Shown: in pieces, positions 39,691 to 52,162 of the stretch
Numbering within the stretch: the stretch's first letter is position 1
Layout: the number at the start of each line of letters is the position of its first letter
DNA from: Lama glama
Lineage: Eukaryota
Length of the DNA: 64,000 nucleotides
Reading direction: 5' to 3'
Assembly: GCA_028534125.1 (NCBI GenBank)
Contig: CM052816.1
Coordinates: forward strand, 29,452,001 to 29,516,000
Notes under the pieces: model-generated
Databases searched by the model: none
Seen by the model: only the letters and a program-made list of their open reading frames with translations
What the model was told of the DNA's origin: nothing
Position numbers and translations under genes: made by a program

Positions 39691-41612
39691 GAATATAGAC
39701 TTTAGAATTTTTTAAACACATATCCTGGGCTGACACACTGTACTGCTTAGGTTCTGTGACGTAAGTCAGACCTATACATTGTATAGACAATCAAATGCCA
39801 AGAAGTAAGGCATTTCCACCGTGGAAAGAAATGGATTGTCATACTGGATCATTTCTATCACCCATCTATATTCGCAGTGTGAGAACATTAACAAAATTTT
39901 CTTGTGCCGGGGAGCCTTGTGAAATAGTGCCATTAGCTCCCTGAATTATAGGCCACATACAGGAGAAAACAAAGTAAGAAGAAAGGAAAAGAAAGTCATG
40001 AAAAACTTAAAACAGATATAGCTTCAAGAATAACTGAAGCAAAAGCAATACGCATTTCTGACTGACAGGTACATTTCAATAACCCATGTTTAACTTTTTC
40101 CAAATACTCTTAAGGGTAACATCTTAACCTTTCCACCTAAGTAACAGCAAGTATCAAAAATATCTCAATAATTCAAAGAAGACATAAGACCACTTCATGC
40201 AACAGAGCAGGTCTCAGTCATATGTCCTATTTGGTATAAAAATTCAGCTTTTCTTCTCCAATGCACACAACTATTTCTGGTATCACATTTAAAGGAGTTT
40301 AGAATGAAGTACCACCTCCTCCTTCCCTTCTCCCATGTTGAAGTTTTGTGTTTTCTTCCATTCGTATTTCTATGTCTCTACATATATACTAAAACTAAAG
40401 ATTAAAAAAACCTGCAACAATATGGGATATAATGCCTTTTACTTAGAAAATTTTTCTCACCAGCCTCTTTTCAGATCAACGGATACAAATCTAACATTCT
40501 TTTAGGGTTGACAGAACAGTCCACTGTATGGATGTACCACAATTTATTCCACCATCTACATACTAATTAACATTTAGATTTCTATTTTTCTTGCTCTACT
40601 AGATGTCTCAATAAACATCTGTAAACTTAGTATTTTTGTACATAGGTGTTTTTACCATAAAGGATACTCTCAAAAAATTATGTGAAAATTATGTTTTCAA
40701 TCTTAATATGTACCTAGGTAACTTTGTAGTTTTGTTCTGCCAGCAATGTTTCATAGTGCCTACTTCCTTGCATTGTCGCCAAACTGCTATCACTGTTTTG
40801 ACTTCATACTAATTTAATGAGCAGTAGTATTACATTGTTGCTTTAAAAAAAAAAAGCAGTTGTCTGATTTCTCCATTATTTATCACTTTAAAATTCTCTT
40901 TGTATTAGGGACAGTAATACTTTTCCTGTTTTTTTGGCTATGGCCCCCTGCATTATGACATTTAAATTTTTTGTTCAGTAAAATATGTCTCTCTGGGTTT
41001 CCAACACTGTTATAAAAAGATCATCACCACTCTAAGGTTGTATAAGGATTTTCTTTAAGTAGGTGTATCTCTGTATTGGGTTCCAATTGTTGAGACCAGT
41101 TTGAGAAATTCTGCAACGGTTTTTAAAACTTCTTTTTAAAAGAAATGAATTGGAGCAAGAAAAAGAGAGCATGAAAGGGGAATTGAATTGACTGTCCTAT
41201 GATTCTACATTAAGAAAAATTCTCCATTTTAGAAAATGAGACTTGCAATGTTGTGAATTCCTCCATCATTACAAAGCCTCATTCTCAGAAAGCACAACAT
41301 TTTAAAAATGTATTTTGATGTATTCCTTCCATTAGTGTGGATGAAATTTTACATATATGTACATCATTTTATACTTAAACATATATTCCAACTATTTTTA
41401 TTCTCACCTTTTTCGAATAATGCTTACCCATTAAATAAAAAATATTCTAGAAAAGGAAGAACAGGGTATCTGGGAAAGTTATGCAGTCCTTTCCACATTA
41501 ACCAAATACAAATACAGAAATTCTCCAATTTAAAATGTCACACAAACTTCAAGTCAACTGAAGTGGCAGAAATATTACTTAAAAATGCTAAAAAAAAGTC
41601 ACAGCATGATTG

Positions 41613-41618
41613 TTTATT
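41613..41618 (-). terminator. DMXL1: Probable DMXL1 polyadenylation signal AATAAA
   Basis: tttatt on the plus strand, followed in sense by GU/U-rich sequence (tgtgacttttttttag). A second AATAAA lies at 41664-41669. Confidence 0.6.
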
Positions 41619-42858
41619 TAAAATATTATGACTCTGGATGTAAATACATATGGGCTTACATAATTTATTATTCATATAAACCCTCAATTAAAATGCTTAA
41701 TTCTTCACCTATAATGCCGTTTTCCTAATAAGCATAATAGTAAATTTTCTATCTCACCGAAAGTGTTCAAAGCCTTCTGAATCTTGAATCTTGATTTGTG
41801 AAGAAATTAATGAAAAATAACTTAAGCTTAACTACATCAAACAATAGTACTGTTTGCAATGCTGTCACAGATTTCTCCATGGCAAAATAGTCACATATCG
41901 TTATTGCACAATTATAGGTACAGGTTATCATGTGCACATAAACTTTCTACATAATGACAGTGTCTTCACTGCAACTTGCTCAACACATTTAAAATTATGA
42001 ATACAATTTACAAAATCTTTTAACAATATACTTTTAAGATAAAAGTATCCTGAGGATATTACAAAATTCATTTTACCAGCCCTTCATTTCTCTGCTTCAT
42101 TTGACTCTTTAATTTCCAAAATAATAGCTGTCCATATTTTCTTACATAAAAATGTTCTATTAATGTTCCTATTAACAAAATATATTTAAGCTAATAGTAT
42201 ATAATTGTCCCTTAAACACTTAGTCCCATCTGCCTCCAGTCTCCTTGGTTAAAATCAAGTATTATCAAGTTTTCTGTAATTCTGAGTCAGAAAAGGTAGA
42301 GCACAAAACAGACAGAAATAGGGTTAGCACACTTAAGTTAAAAGCATTGTGCATTTTTAATATTTTGGTCATATTTTATAATAAAATATTTTGGCAAAAA
42401 TAATAAAATATAAGGTTTAGTTTATTTTCTATTAATGGTAGATCCGGCAGGTATTTTACATTTGTAAATACTATCTATTTAATTTGACTGTTTTCACATT
42501 TGTGTCTAAAAACACTGCTATAAGGTTTTCAGGACTTTGAGACTAAAAGCACCTAAAAGACAAGAAATAAAATAACATTTAAGTAAAATATCTGGTGCTC
42601 AAAAATCCTTTGACAAATTTATAAACTTACTTTTAAGTGCTGCATATATGCCAACAAAGAATCATTGTTGCCTGCTAAGACTTATTTGACTCAATGTAAT
42701 CTTTAAAATAATAATCTTGGAAGTGTTCCTGAAGTTTATTTGAAACTTAGAATGAGAATTCGAAAATTAAAAAAAAAACAGTTATGAAAAAAGTTGTTAT
42801 TCTGGTGGCAGTAGTTGTTATGGCACAAAAACAAACGGAAAAACAAGTAGTTTTCTCT

Positions 42859-42860
<2 letters not shown>

Positions 42861-42918
<58 letters not shown>
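42861..42918 (+). repeat. Compound (TA)n(CA)n microsatellite in the DMXL1 3' UTR
   Basis: Visible directly in the sequence. Confidence 0.95.
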
Positions 42919-42923
<5 letters not shown>

Positions 42924-43559
42924 AATTCAAATAAGATGTGTAAGATATATTACATATATACACAAAACCACACACACACAATTTGGGCTCCAGAGGAGAA
43001 ATGATGAAAACTTTACGTAACGAACTATTTGGCTCATTTCTCACAAAAGTCCCAATGACAGTCTTAATGGACATGTTCATTATTTTTTTGACTCTTACCC
43101 AAATATCAATCTATCATTAATTAAGACAGGAGTCTGAGATGTATAAGTTTGAAAAAGGAAGTGAGAGTGTGGTGACTTAAGTGATGACTAATGTGCAACT
43201 GCCTTTACATAGAGGGTATTTTTACTGTGAAACAAACTCATGCAGAGATATCTGCAGAAGAATTTATCAACAACAGAAAACAAAACTACTTTTACACTAT
43301 GATATACTCACTATAACATACTATAAATATGTATTATTATAGCATTACTTACACATTCTACTTTAGGCAATATAGTCTAATTCTGAATGACCTTGTTAAT
43401 TTTTAAGGCATCAGTGCATCAAGGGCAAAGCTCCATAAAATAAATATGAAAACAAGAAAGCATTAGCTTATTTGTGACAAGGAGAGTAATCACTGTACAT
43501 CGTATGTGTTGGCCACTTCATGGAATAGGGAATAAGTTACACATCTTATTGTCAAAATG

Positions 43560-43784
43560 CTACAGCATAAATTTCACATCATTTTTCAACACTTCATTTA
43601 ATGGGCTAAATTGATCCGGCAGTATTCTCATTTTCATTGTTCCATCAGCTCCACATGAAAAAATGTGATTTGCTGGCCCTGTCTCAATTTGCATCACTCC
43701 AGTTCCAATATTTCTGAAAATGGACTGCCGAGCATGTTCATTAATAAAGGTGTGGAGAAGACTAAAGGTAGAGAGACTCCAAAT
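43560..43784 (-). CDS. DMXL1: DMXL1 last coding segment, 225 nt (IWSLSTFSLLHTFINEHARQSIFRNIGTGVMQIETGPANHIFSCGADGTMKMRILPDQFSPLNEVLKNDVKFML*)
   Basis: tctttcag acceptor. The open frame runs to TAG at 43562-43560 and matches the DMXL1 C-terminus as I recall it. Confidence 0.96.
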   Translation of the reverse strand: MWSLSTFSLLHTFINEHARQSIFRNIGTGVMQIETGPANHIFSCGADGTMKMRILPDQFSPLNEVLKNDVKFML

Positions 43785-45498
43785 CTGAAAGATATCAAGA
43801 GCAAAATAAAAATTAGGGTTAAAAATCCTTAAAAATGTTCAAATTTTAAACCTTAAAAATCCAAACAAAAGATTTAGGCATGTCTTCCTGTACAAATAAG
43901 GAATTTCTATGGCAAAGATGGAGAAAAATCCATGTAGGCCTATAGTCATAACATTTTGATTCTGTAGAGGGTGTTATAATTTTCCAAATCTCTTTGATAT
44001 TATTACATTCTTCAAAATCAATCCAGCAAAAAAGGAAGGTATTTAAAACCCTTCGATGGAGATGAGAAAACTTTAGGAACAAGGAAGTAAAGTATACAAC
44101 CCTACAGAAACTTGTAATATTATAGGGACTATAATCAAGATTTCCTATCTCTCAGCAAAATTTTTGCTATGCAGTTGTACAGTGGGGTAATCCTTTCTCC
44201 ATAATATATAGTACCCACCAGGTGATCAGAACCATTGGAAAGAGGAAATACTAAACATCTAGAGGTCTTCAGACCAGGAAAAGCCATATTCCAGTGGCAA
44301 GATAAAGTTAATTATCATAACTTCCTGACGTTTTGAGATCACAGTTAAAAAAAATCTTTCTTTTCCCTAAGAAATTTATTAATTCATACTTCAATAGATA
44401 TGAATATTAAATTTTAAATTCTGAATACTACCTGGTATACTATCAAATCTTTTAACTTCATTAAATAATAAACCTCAGGATCAGGATACAAACTAATCTA
44501 AAGAACTAATCTAAAACATAGGATGACTTATTCTAAACTGCAGGCAGTTCAAATAAGAAACTATCTTCCAACTGAAAAAAAGAAAAGAATTCTGTATGGA
44601 AGTTGGTGCATATATTTGATTTTAAGAAAGGTCTTTTCAAAATTCTACAATTCTAGTTAATTTTTTTTCTGGCTGAGAATTATGAAAACAATATGCCAGT
44701 TCTAAAATAGTCCAACTTATTTGTACCAAGTAGTATCACTAGCACTTCATGGATTCTAAAAAAACTAGACTCCTCCAGTGGGTTGCTGGCCATTAGAATA
44801 ATTTAGGGACAAGTCTTACGACTGCAGATCTTCCCAAATGTGACCAGAGACCTCTCCGTCAAAGCCACTATGTCTGTGTTCTAAAAATGCACATTCCTGA
44901 GTCTAGGACTTACAATTGAGTATTTTGGGGATGAGACCTAGCAACAGTATTTCTGGGGTGGGATGCATTTTTCATAAGATGCTTAATATTTTCAACAAGC
45001 TGCTTAACATTCAAACTTCTAGATTTGAAACAGAGTAGAGTTTGAGAAGGAGCCTTATAGGCAAGGCTTATCCAGGTACACTCAGAATTCTTGAATCAGG
45101 CACTGAGTGGTTGGATGCTAATACAATGAACGACAAAATAGGGAGAAATTTGGGATAAGGGAAAATGACAGTATATTTCATAGCACTTGAAACTGAAGAG
45201 TTCATAACTATGAACATGGAGTCAAGACTAATTCTAATGTCTGAAATACGTTTATATCCATGGAAAATTCAATTCTTTTGTATGCATTAATTAACCATAT
45301 TTGAAAACAATAAAGAATACAATTTTCAAGTTAAGTATTATTTCATTCATTTTATTAAACAGCAATTAACATTGTTGACCACACAGGGGTTAATATTCCT
45401 ATTATTTAAATAAACTGGTGTCATCAAAATGATTAAAGACCTAAGATTTATAAAGATTTCTTTTTATTTTGTAGACATTGTGGCATTACTGTATTTAC

Positions 45499-45716
45499 CT
45501 TTATGTTGCCTTCGGCAGATCCTGTAACAAAATACTCTTCAGTTGGATCAATAGCAATGGCTTTAACAGGAGAATCATGGCTCTGGAAAAGCTGCCTCTG
45601 TTGTCGTTGCCGAAGGTCAAATACACATGTAAAGCCTTTTCTGCCACCTGATATTAGCACCTGATGTTTTGGAGCATATGCTACAACAGTGGCTCCACTA
45701 TCATGGCAAGTAAAAG
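45499..45716 (-). CDS. DMXL1: DMXL1 penultimate coding exon, 218 nt (A-FTCHDSGATVVAYAPKHQVLISGGRKG...FVTGSAEGNIK)
   Basis: tattcag acceptor and gtaaat donor. Encodes WD40 repeats and overlaps ORF 45448..45660(-). Confidence 0.96.
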
Positions 45717-45769
45717 CTGAATAATAGAGGGAAAAAAACGTAAAATTTATTTACGAGTATACAAAAGAG

Positions 45770-46600
45770 ACTTTTGGCATTTGGCCAAAGTGGAATGATG
45801 AACTAGATTTAGTCTCCTGCCTAAAATAGTTACAATATCAAATGATATACAGGAAACAATGGTTTGAGACACTGGATATTAGGCAATGAAGAGTCATCTC
45901 TGAGAAATGTGAAACAAAATGGGTGAGTTACATAACTGCCCCCAGCTCACTGTGTACAGAGTGTTTTCTACCCATAGCGTAATAAAGGGCAACCCAAATT
46001 GATCTGGTTTCTTGTTCCCACCAACCGTAGTGGAAAAAAAAAAACCCTATAATTCATAAGGCATTCTAGAGTATTCAGGAGGGTATTGCCTCAACAGTAG
46101 GGTAAAATTAGCCCTATACCAAAGGCAGCTTTGGTTATGTTTAACATAGGGCCCCCAAGTTGTTTCCACGTAACTTAGTCCCAGAGTAAAGCTCAAAAAT
46201 ATTTACACAATACAAAATAATCAGCCCCTAACACGGTAAAAAATTCACAATGCCTGGCATCTAATAAAACATTACTAGGCATGCAAAGAAGCAGGAAAGC
46301 ACAACCCAAAAGGAGAAGAAAATCCATCAATTGAAACTAACCCAGAAATGACAAAGATGACAGAAGTAGTAAATAAGGAAATTAAAAGTCATTATAAGTG
46401 TATTTCCAATATTCAAGATGCTGGATGAAAGACTGAGCATGTAAAGCAGAGATATGAAAAGTATTTTTTAAAAGGACCCAAATCTTTAAAAGTCTAGGGA
46501 TTCAAAACTATAATGTTCAAATGAAAAAATACTGGATGGGATTAAAAGTAGATTAACTATTGCAAAAAAAAAATCAGTGAAGCTGAACATAGCAATATAA
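45770..46600 (+). mobile_element. Old L1 5'/ORF1-region remnant
   Basis: Motifs such as aaaattcacaatgcctggcatctaataaaacattactaggcatgcaaagaagcagg. Confidence 0.6.
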
Positions 46601-46959
46601 ATATCAGAAATATAAGAATATAATTAATATTTTTCTTAAAGTTTAGCCTAACAAATTTTAGGGAAAAAATTGTTTTTAGGTCAAAGACAATACGGTATAA
46701 TGATAAAGAAGGAAGATGTGGGAGTCAGATCGCCAGAGTTTAAATTCTGGTTTCTGTGTGGGTTTAAATGTATACTTTAGGTGAATTATTATCATTTGTA
46801 AAAGAGGAAATAATACCACCTGCCTAACATGTATGTGTTAAGATGAAATTAATTAATACATTTAAGGTCTGTACAATACCTGGCATATACTAAAGTACAC
46901 AATAAAATTTAGTTATTATTTTAAGACTCTAAATAAAACTAATTATAGAGAAGAGTTTT

Positions 46960-48775
46960 TTCTTTTTTTATTTTCCAGCACTTGAGATATAATTTACATG
47001 GAGTAAAAGGCAGAAATTCTAATTGTACACCCTTGATGGGCTTTGACAAAGGAATACATCTGTGGCACCAACACTCGGATCAAGACACAGAATGTTTTCA
47101 TCATCCTTGAAAGTTTCCTCATGCCTCTCCCAACAAAGGCAATCACTATTCTGATTTCTATCCAATTAGTTTCACCTATCTTGAGCCTCACAAAAATGGA
47201 CTTTTATAGTATATACTTTTTTTGTGCCTGGCTTCTTTTTCTTTAACATAACGTTCATCCATGTTGTCCCATGTATCAGTAGGTCATGCTTTTTAATTTT
47301 GACTAGTATTCTATTATACACATATGCCACATTTTCCTGTTGGATGTTTGTGTTGTTTCCAGTTTTGGGCTATTATAAATAAAGGCTGCTAAGAATATTC
47401 CTATACCAGTCAACATGTGGACATGTGTTTCCATTTTTCTTGGGTATATATGTAAAAATACATACTACTGGGTTATGCTAGATGCATGTCTAACTTACTT
47501 AAAAATTGCCAGTTTTTCAAGGCAGTTGTACTATTTTATATTTCTGTCAGCAAATCGTGAGGATTCCAGTTTCTCCATAGCCTCACCAACACCTGGTATC
47601 CTAGAATCTTGAATTTTGACCATTTCAGTGTTCAGAGTAGTATGATGAATTGTGGTGAATTTAGTTTGCATCTCCCTGATGACTACTGATGATGAGCATC
47701 TTTTTATATGCTTATTTGCTATTCAGATATTGAGAAAAATGGTAATTTAAAAAAATCTTAAATATATTATTTCTTTCATGGATCATGCTTTTGGTATTGT
47801 CTCTAAATCTCATTGCCAAAGCCAAGGTCACCTACATTTTCTTCTATACTTCCTTCTAGAAGTTTAACAGTTTTGTTTTTATACAAAGGTCTATGATTCA
47901 TTTTGAGTAAACTTGTGAAAGGCGTGAGGTTGTACCTACATTCATTATTCCACATATCAGCACCCAACTGTTATACAGCACTTTTTGTTCAAAAGACTAT
48001 CTGTCTCCATTGAATTATCTTTGTATCATTATTAACGATCAGTCTACTATTTATGTGTGGGTCTACTTCTGGGTTCTGTATTCTGTCCCATGATCTGTGT
48101 CTATTCTTAAGCCAATACCACAATGGTCTGATTACTGTAGCCTTATTTTAAGTCCTGAAATCAGGTAGTGTGAGTACCAATTCTGTTCTTCTTCAGTATG
48201 TAGTGTTCTAGGTCTGTTGCCTCTCTACACAAACTTTAGAACCAGTTTGTTGATGAACACAAAACAGCTTGGAATTTTAATTAGCACTGCACTGAATCTA
48301 TAAAGTTGGTAAGAAATGACATCCTAACAGTATCAAGCCTTACCATCTGGGGACATGGAATATCTTCCCATTTGTTTAGATCTTTGATTTCTTTTACCTT
48401 TGTTTGTAGTTTTCACCAACAGATGCTATACATATTTAGATTTATGCCTCAATATTTCATTATTTTGGATGCTATTTTAAATGGTAATTTTTTAAAAATT
48501 CCAAATTCCAATGGTTCATTGTTGGTATAAATGAAAGCAACTAATTTTAATGTATCGATCTGGTATCCTGCAACTTTGCTATACCTGCATATTAGTCCCA
48601 GCAGTTTTTTTTTTTCTGCATTCTTCAGGAGATTCTACACAATCATGTCATCTGTGAATGAAGATAGTTTTATTTCTTCCCTTCCAGTCTATTTACTTTT
48701 TATTTCCTTTTCTTGTTTTACTGCATTAGTTAGAACTTCTAGAGTGCAAGGCTGAATAACAGTGGTAAGAGGGCA
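46960..48775 (-). mobile_element. Old L1 (3' UTR and ORF2 fragments)
   Basis: Antisense L1M motifs throughout (gttcatccatgttg; gatgatgagcatcttttt; ctgattactgtagc). Confidence 0.85.
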
Positions 48776-49049
48776 TATAATACAATGCATTAGCTGTTAT
48801 TTACAATGATGATCTGTGGCTATAAGATCCAAAGAAAAGACAAATGATTTTTGTATTATCTATGTTCTACTGTCCTTCATTAAAGTACAGTGAAGAGTTA
48901 ATTATGTATATTGCACTTTTCTACTTTCAAACTCTGCCAACTATGGCCAAAATAAACCTCACAGGCTAATGAATATGTGTCATTAAAAACAGATTTATTT
49001 TAAAATCATTTTTACTTTATAAATTTCTGATTTATAAAATCCTTTCAGA

Positions 49050-49422
49050 GAATGAAAAATACCACATGATATCACCTACATGTGGCATCTAAAAAAATGA
49101 CACAAATGAACTTGTTTACAAAACAGAAAGAGACTCACAGACATAGAAAACAAACTTATGGTTACCTGGGTGGGAAGGGATAAACTGAGAGTTCGGGATT
49201 TGCACTAACTACTATATATAAAACAGATAAACAATAAAGTTCTACTGTATATCACAGGGAATATTCAATACCTTGTAGTGGCCTATAATGAAAAATAATA
49301 TGAAAAGCAATATATATATGTATGTATATGTATAACTGAATCACAATGCTGTATACCAGAAATTAATAACACTGTAAACTGACTATACTTCAATAAAAAA
49401 TTAATTAAAAAAATAAATAAAA
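49050..49422 (+). mobile_element. L1 3' end ending about 16 nt from a DMXL1 donor
   Basis: L1 3' UTR and A-rich tail. Confidence 0.88.
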
Positions 49423-49438
49423 TGCATTCAAAACTTAC

Positions 49439-49491
49439 CATGTACTAAACTATTGGCAGGTGCTACAAGAGTGTCCCACAAACATATGTTT
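49439..49491 (-). CDS. DMXL1: DMXL1 coding exon, 53 nt (R-NICLWDTLVAPANSLVH+G)
   Basis: tttcccctcag acceptor and gtaagt donor. Contains the LWD of a WD repeat. Phase 2/1 fits the flanking exons. Confidence 0.95.
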
Positions 49492-49544
49492 CTGAGGGGA
49501 AAAAACAGATTACTTCTTAAGTGACACAACAGAATGAAAATCAG

Positions 49545-49930
49545 TATGTCTCACATTATATAATTATAAAGGGATCAATACAAGATGAAGATATTACACT
49601 CATTAACATATACACACCCAATATAGGAGCACCTAAGTATATAAAGCAAATACTAACAGACATAAAGGGAGAAGTTGATAATAGTATAATAAATAGTAGG
49701 GGACTTTAACACCCCACCGACATTAATGGACAGATCACCCAGAGAGAAAGTCAATACCCCAGAAATAAACCCAAGGACCTATGGTCTTTTAACGTATAGC
49801 AAAGGAGGCAAGAATACACAATGGAGAAAAGACAGTCTATTCAACAAGTGGTGGTGGGAAAACTGGACACATGTAAAATAATGAGATTAGAACACCACAT
49901 ACAAAATAAACTCAAAATGGTTTAAATATA
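49545..49930 (+). mobile_element. L1 ORF2 fragments (endonuclease part fused to a distal ORF2 part)
   Basis: ORF 49521..49709 (HYIIIKGSIQDEDITLINIYTPNIGAPKYIKQILTDIKGE) is the L1 EN domain. The sequence jumps to a later part of ORF2 (ccagaaataaaccca) near 49757. Confidence 0.88.
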
Positions 49931-50686
49931 TCTTTGCTGAGCTTTTACATTTCTCTTGAGGCCTCCCTTTGCACTCAAAATGGGAATTTAAGGAATATCG
50001 AGTTTTCAGCCCATTATTCCTAGAAATTCTTACATATATTTGTGCCCTCTTTGTAACTCACAGAAAGGAATAGAAGCTGCTTCTATTCATAGCAGAAAAA
50101 AGTTTTCTTTGTGCTCAAGAAAATCGTTGCTCAGCAACTTCAGAAGGCCTTGACCTCAGAACTTAGCTGTATGAGGGAAGTCAAAAGTGTGTGTGGACAT
50201 GGAGGCAAGAGAAGACATTTTCTTACGGATTTAAGCTTTTTTAGGAGACAGGGATGAGCTGCCACTTACTAGCTATTATATAACTAATACGTCTTCCTGA
50301 GTTTCTCGTTTTCTTACTGTGAAACAGTTATCGATATAATAAAGCTATGGTGAGGATTAACTAAATGGCATGGCTAATAAACAGTAATCTTTTTGGCCTC
50401 AAGCTAACACATAGGAAATAATATGGAGAAAATCTCTACCAACAATCAAATTCTCTTCTACTAAAGCAAAGTCTTAACATTAGAACATTAAAAATCCAGG
50501 AATGGATTTTGTTTTTAATCACCAAAATTTCCTTAGCTTTACAATGAGAACACTAAAAATGCTCTAAGAAACAAGTCTTTGTAATGAAAATATTTAAAGG
50601 CATAAGAGATGTAAGGACATCAAGCAATCAAAAGATAAAGCTTAGCTAAACATACACAGACTTCAATTTCAGCTATAGTCTCTTAC

Positions 50687-50778
50687 CTATTGTCAGTCGA
50701 AAGACCAGCTGTAGCTATCAGAGAGGAGGAACTAACGAAGACAAAATCATTGGCTGTTTTGTTGTGACACTGCCAAGT
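50687..50778 (-). CDS. DMXL1: DMXL1 coding exon, 92 nt (TWQCHNKTANDFVFVSSSSLIATAGLSTDN+AG)
   Basis: cattacag acceptor and gtaaga donor; WD40-like; phase 0/2. Confidence 0.95.
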
Positions 50779-51529
50779 CTGTAATGGTTATAAACAACAA
50801 ACGTTATTGTTGTCACTAACAATTTTATAAGCAGGTAGATGCATTAATCAAGAAGTGATTATGTAATCTGTCGCTTACTTAAATTTTTTAGGTTTGCTTC
50901 TGCACCCCCAAACTTTAGAAAAGTTGGAAGAGTAATAGAGAGAATTCTCACAAACTTTTATCCAGATTCACCAACTTTTATTATTTTGTCACATTTGTTT
51001 TGCCTCTCCTTCTCTTTCAGACACACACACACACACATTTTCCTAAATCATTTCAATAAGCTGCATATATCATGACTCTTTTGAGTCCCTCTGCTCCTGT
51101 TTAACCAGAAGTTCAAAGGGAAACAAAAGGAGGTTAATTTCAAATATTTTTCTTAAAATATTTGTGAAAATTTTTGTATTAGAAGACAAAAACTAGAATT
51201 TTAGGTTATCTCAGACTAAACTATTTACTTTCAGAAATATTTAAACTTTTAAATAATTTTTCAAATGTGAATAAAGACATATTACTAACAGTCAACAAAT
51301 TAGAAAAGTTACTAGTTAATTTTCCAGTTCCCAGAGACTAAGGATTTTTATACCTCATAGAGTAATTTTCACATAATACAAGAATAGGAGCTTACAGTAA
51401 AGTGATAGAATACATAGGACTACAGAGACTTTATATTTTGGCTTTGCTATTTCTTGTCTCAAGTACATATTCTTGGTTTCCTTAAAATAAAAATTCAAAA
51501 AATTTTAAAGGTAGGAATTCTTGGCTTAC

Positions 51530-51622
51530 CAGGTACGGCTTAGGCATACTTCCAGTAACTGGACAACATTTCCAGTTTGTTTGATACAAACTTAAATATC
51601 CATCAGCATCAACTATTCCAAA
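51530..51622 (-). CDS. DMXL1: DMXL1 coding exon, 93 nt (FGIVDADGYLSLYQTNWKCCPVTGSMPKPYL)
   Basis: tttctctaag acceptor and gtaagc donor; phase 0/0. Confidence 0.95.
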
Positions 51623-52072
51623 CTTAGAGAAAAAAAATATTTAAAAGCATTTTAATACAAATACAAAAGCACATATTTACCCTTATCCTTACTGTGAATC
51701 TCATATTTTAAACATTTGACTGATAAATTGTTTGACTTTTCACTTCACCTGTGCATGGATCTAGTCCATAAAAACACTAAGTTAGTGCTTCAAAGAATTC
51801 CAGGGTGAATATAAAGCAAACTAACATCAGATACCCATTTTATTATGCTAATCAACAACATAGTCTGTATATTCTCTATATGTAATTCCAAAAATAGGAA
51901 ACTGGATTTACACATTAAGCCATGTGACAAAGTCTTAGTACATATAAGATAAAAAGCTATTCATTCTGAAAAAGACAAATAAGGACTTCGAGAGATACAT
52001 AATAAGGAAAACAGGTAAACAACAGTAGAAAGCAAAATGAAACAAAGATTATCACAGTGAAAGAATCCCACT

Positions 52073-52162
52073 TATGGGAACTCTGTATTTTCTGTCAATT
52101 CTGCTGTAAACCTGAAACTGCTCTAAAAAAATAAAGTCTACTGAAAAAAAAAAAAAAAAAAA
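52073..52162 (+). mobile_element. Short LINE 3' end with pure A19 tail and TSD
   Basis: gtaaacctgaaactgctctaaaaaaataaagtcta followed by poly-A. TSD aaagaatcccact at 52060-52072 / 52160-52172. Confidence 0.85.

Larger units (their letters stand above)
41595..43559 (-). other. DMXL1: DMXL1 3' UTR (about 2 kb; distal end approximate)
   Basis: AT-rich sequence after the stop with no obvious interspersed repeats. It ends near an AATAAA at 41613-41618 followed by a U-rich tract. Confidence 0.75.

Noticed and set aside
49521..49709. ORF with endonuclease-like sequence
   Set aside because: A truncated, rearranged L1 ORF2 relic rather than a host gene.
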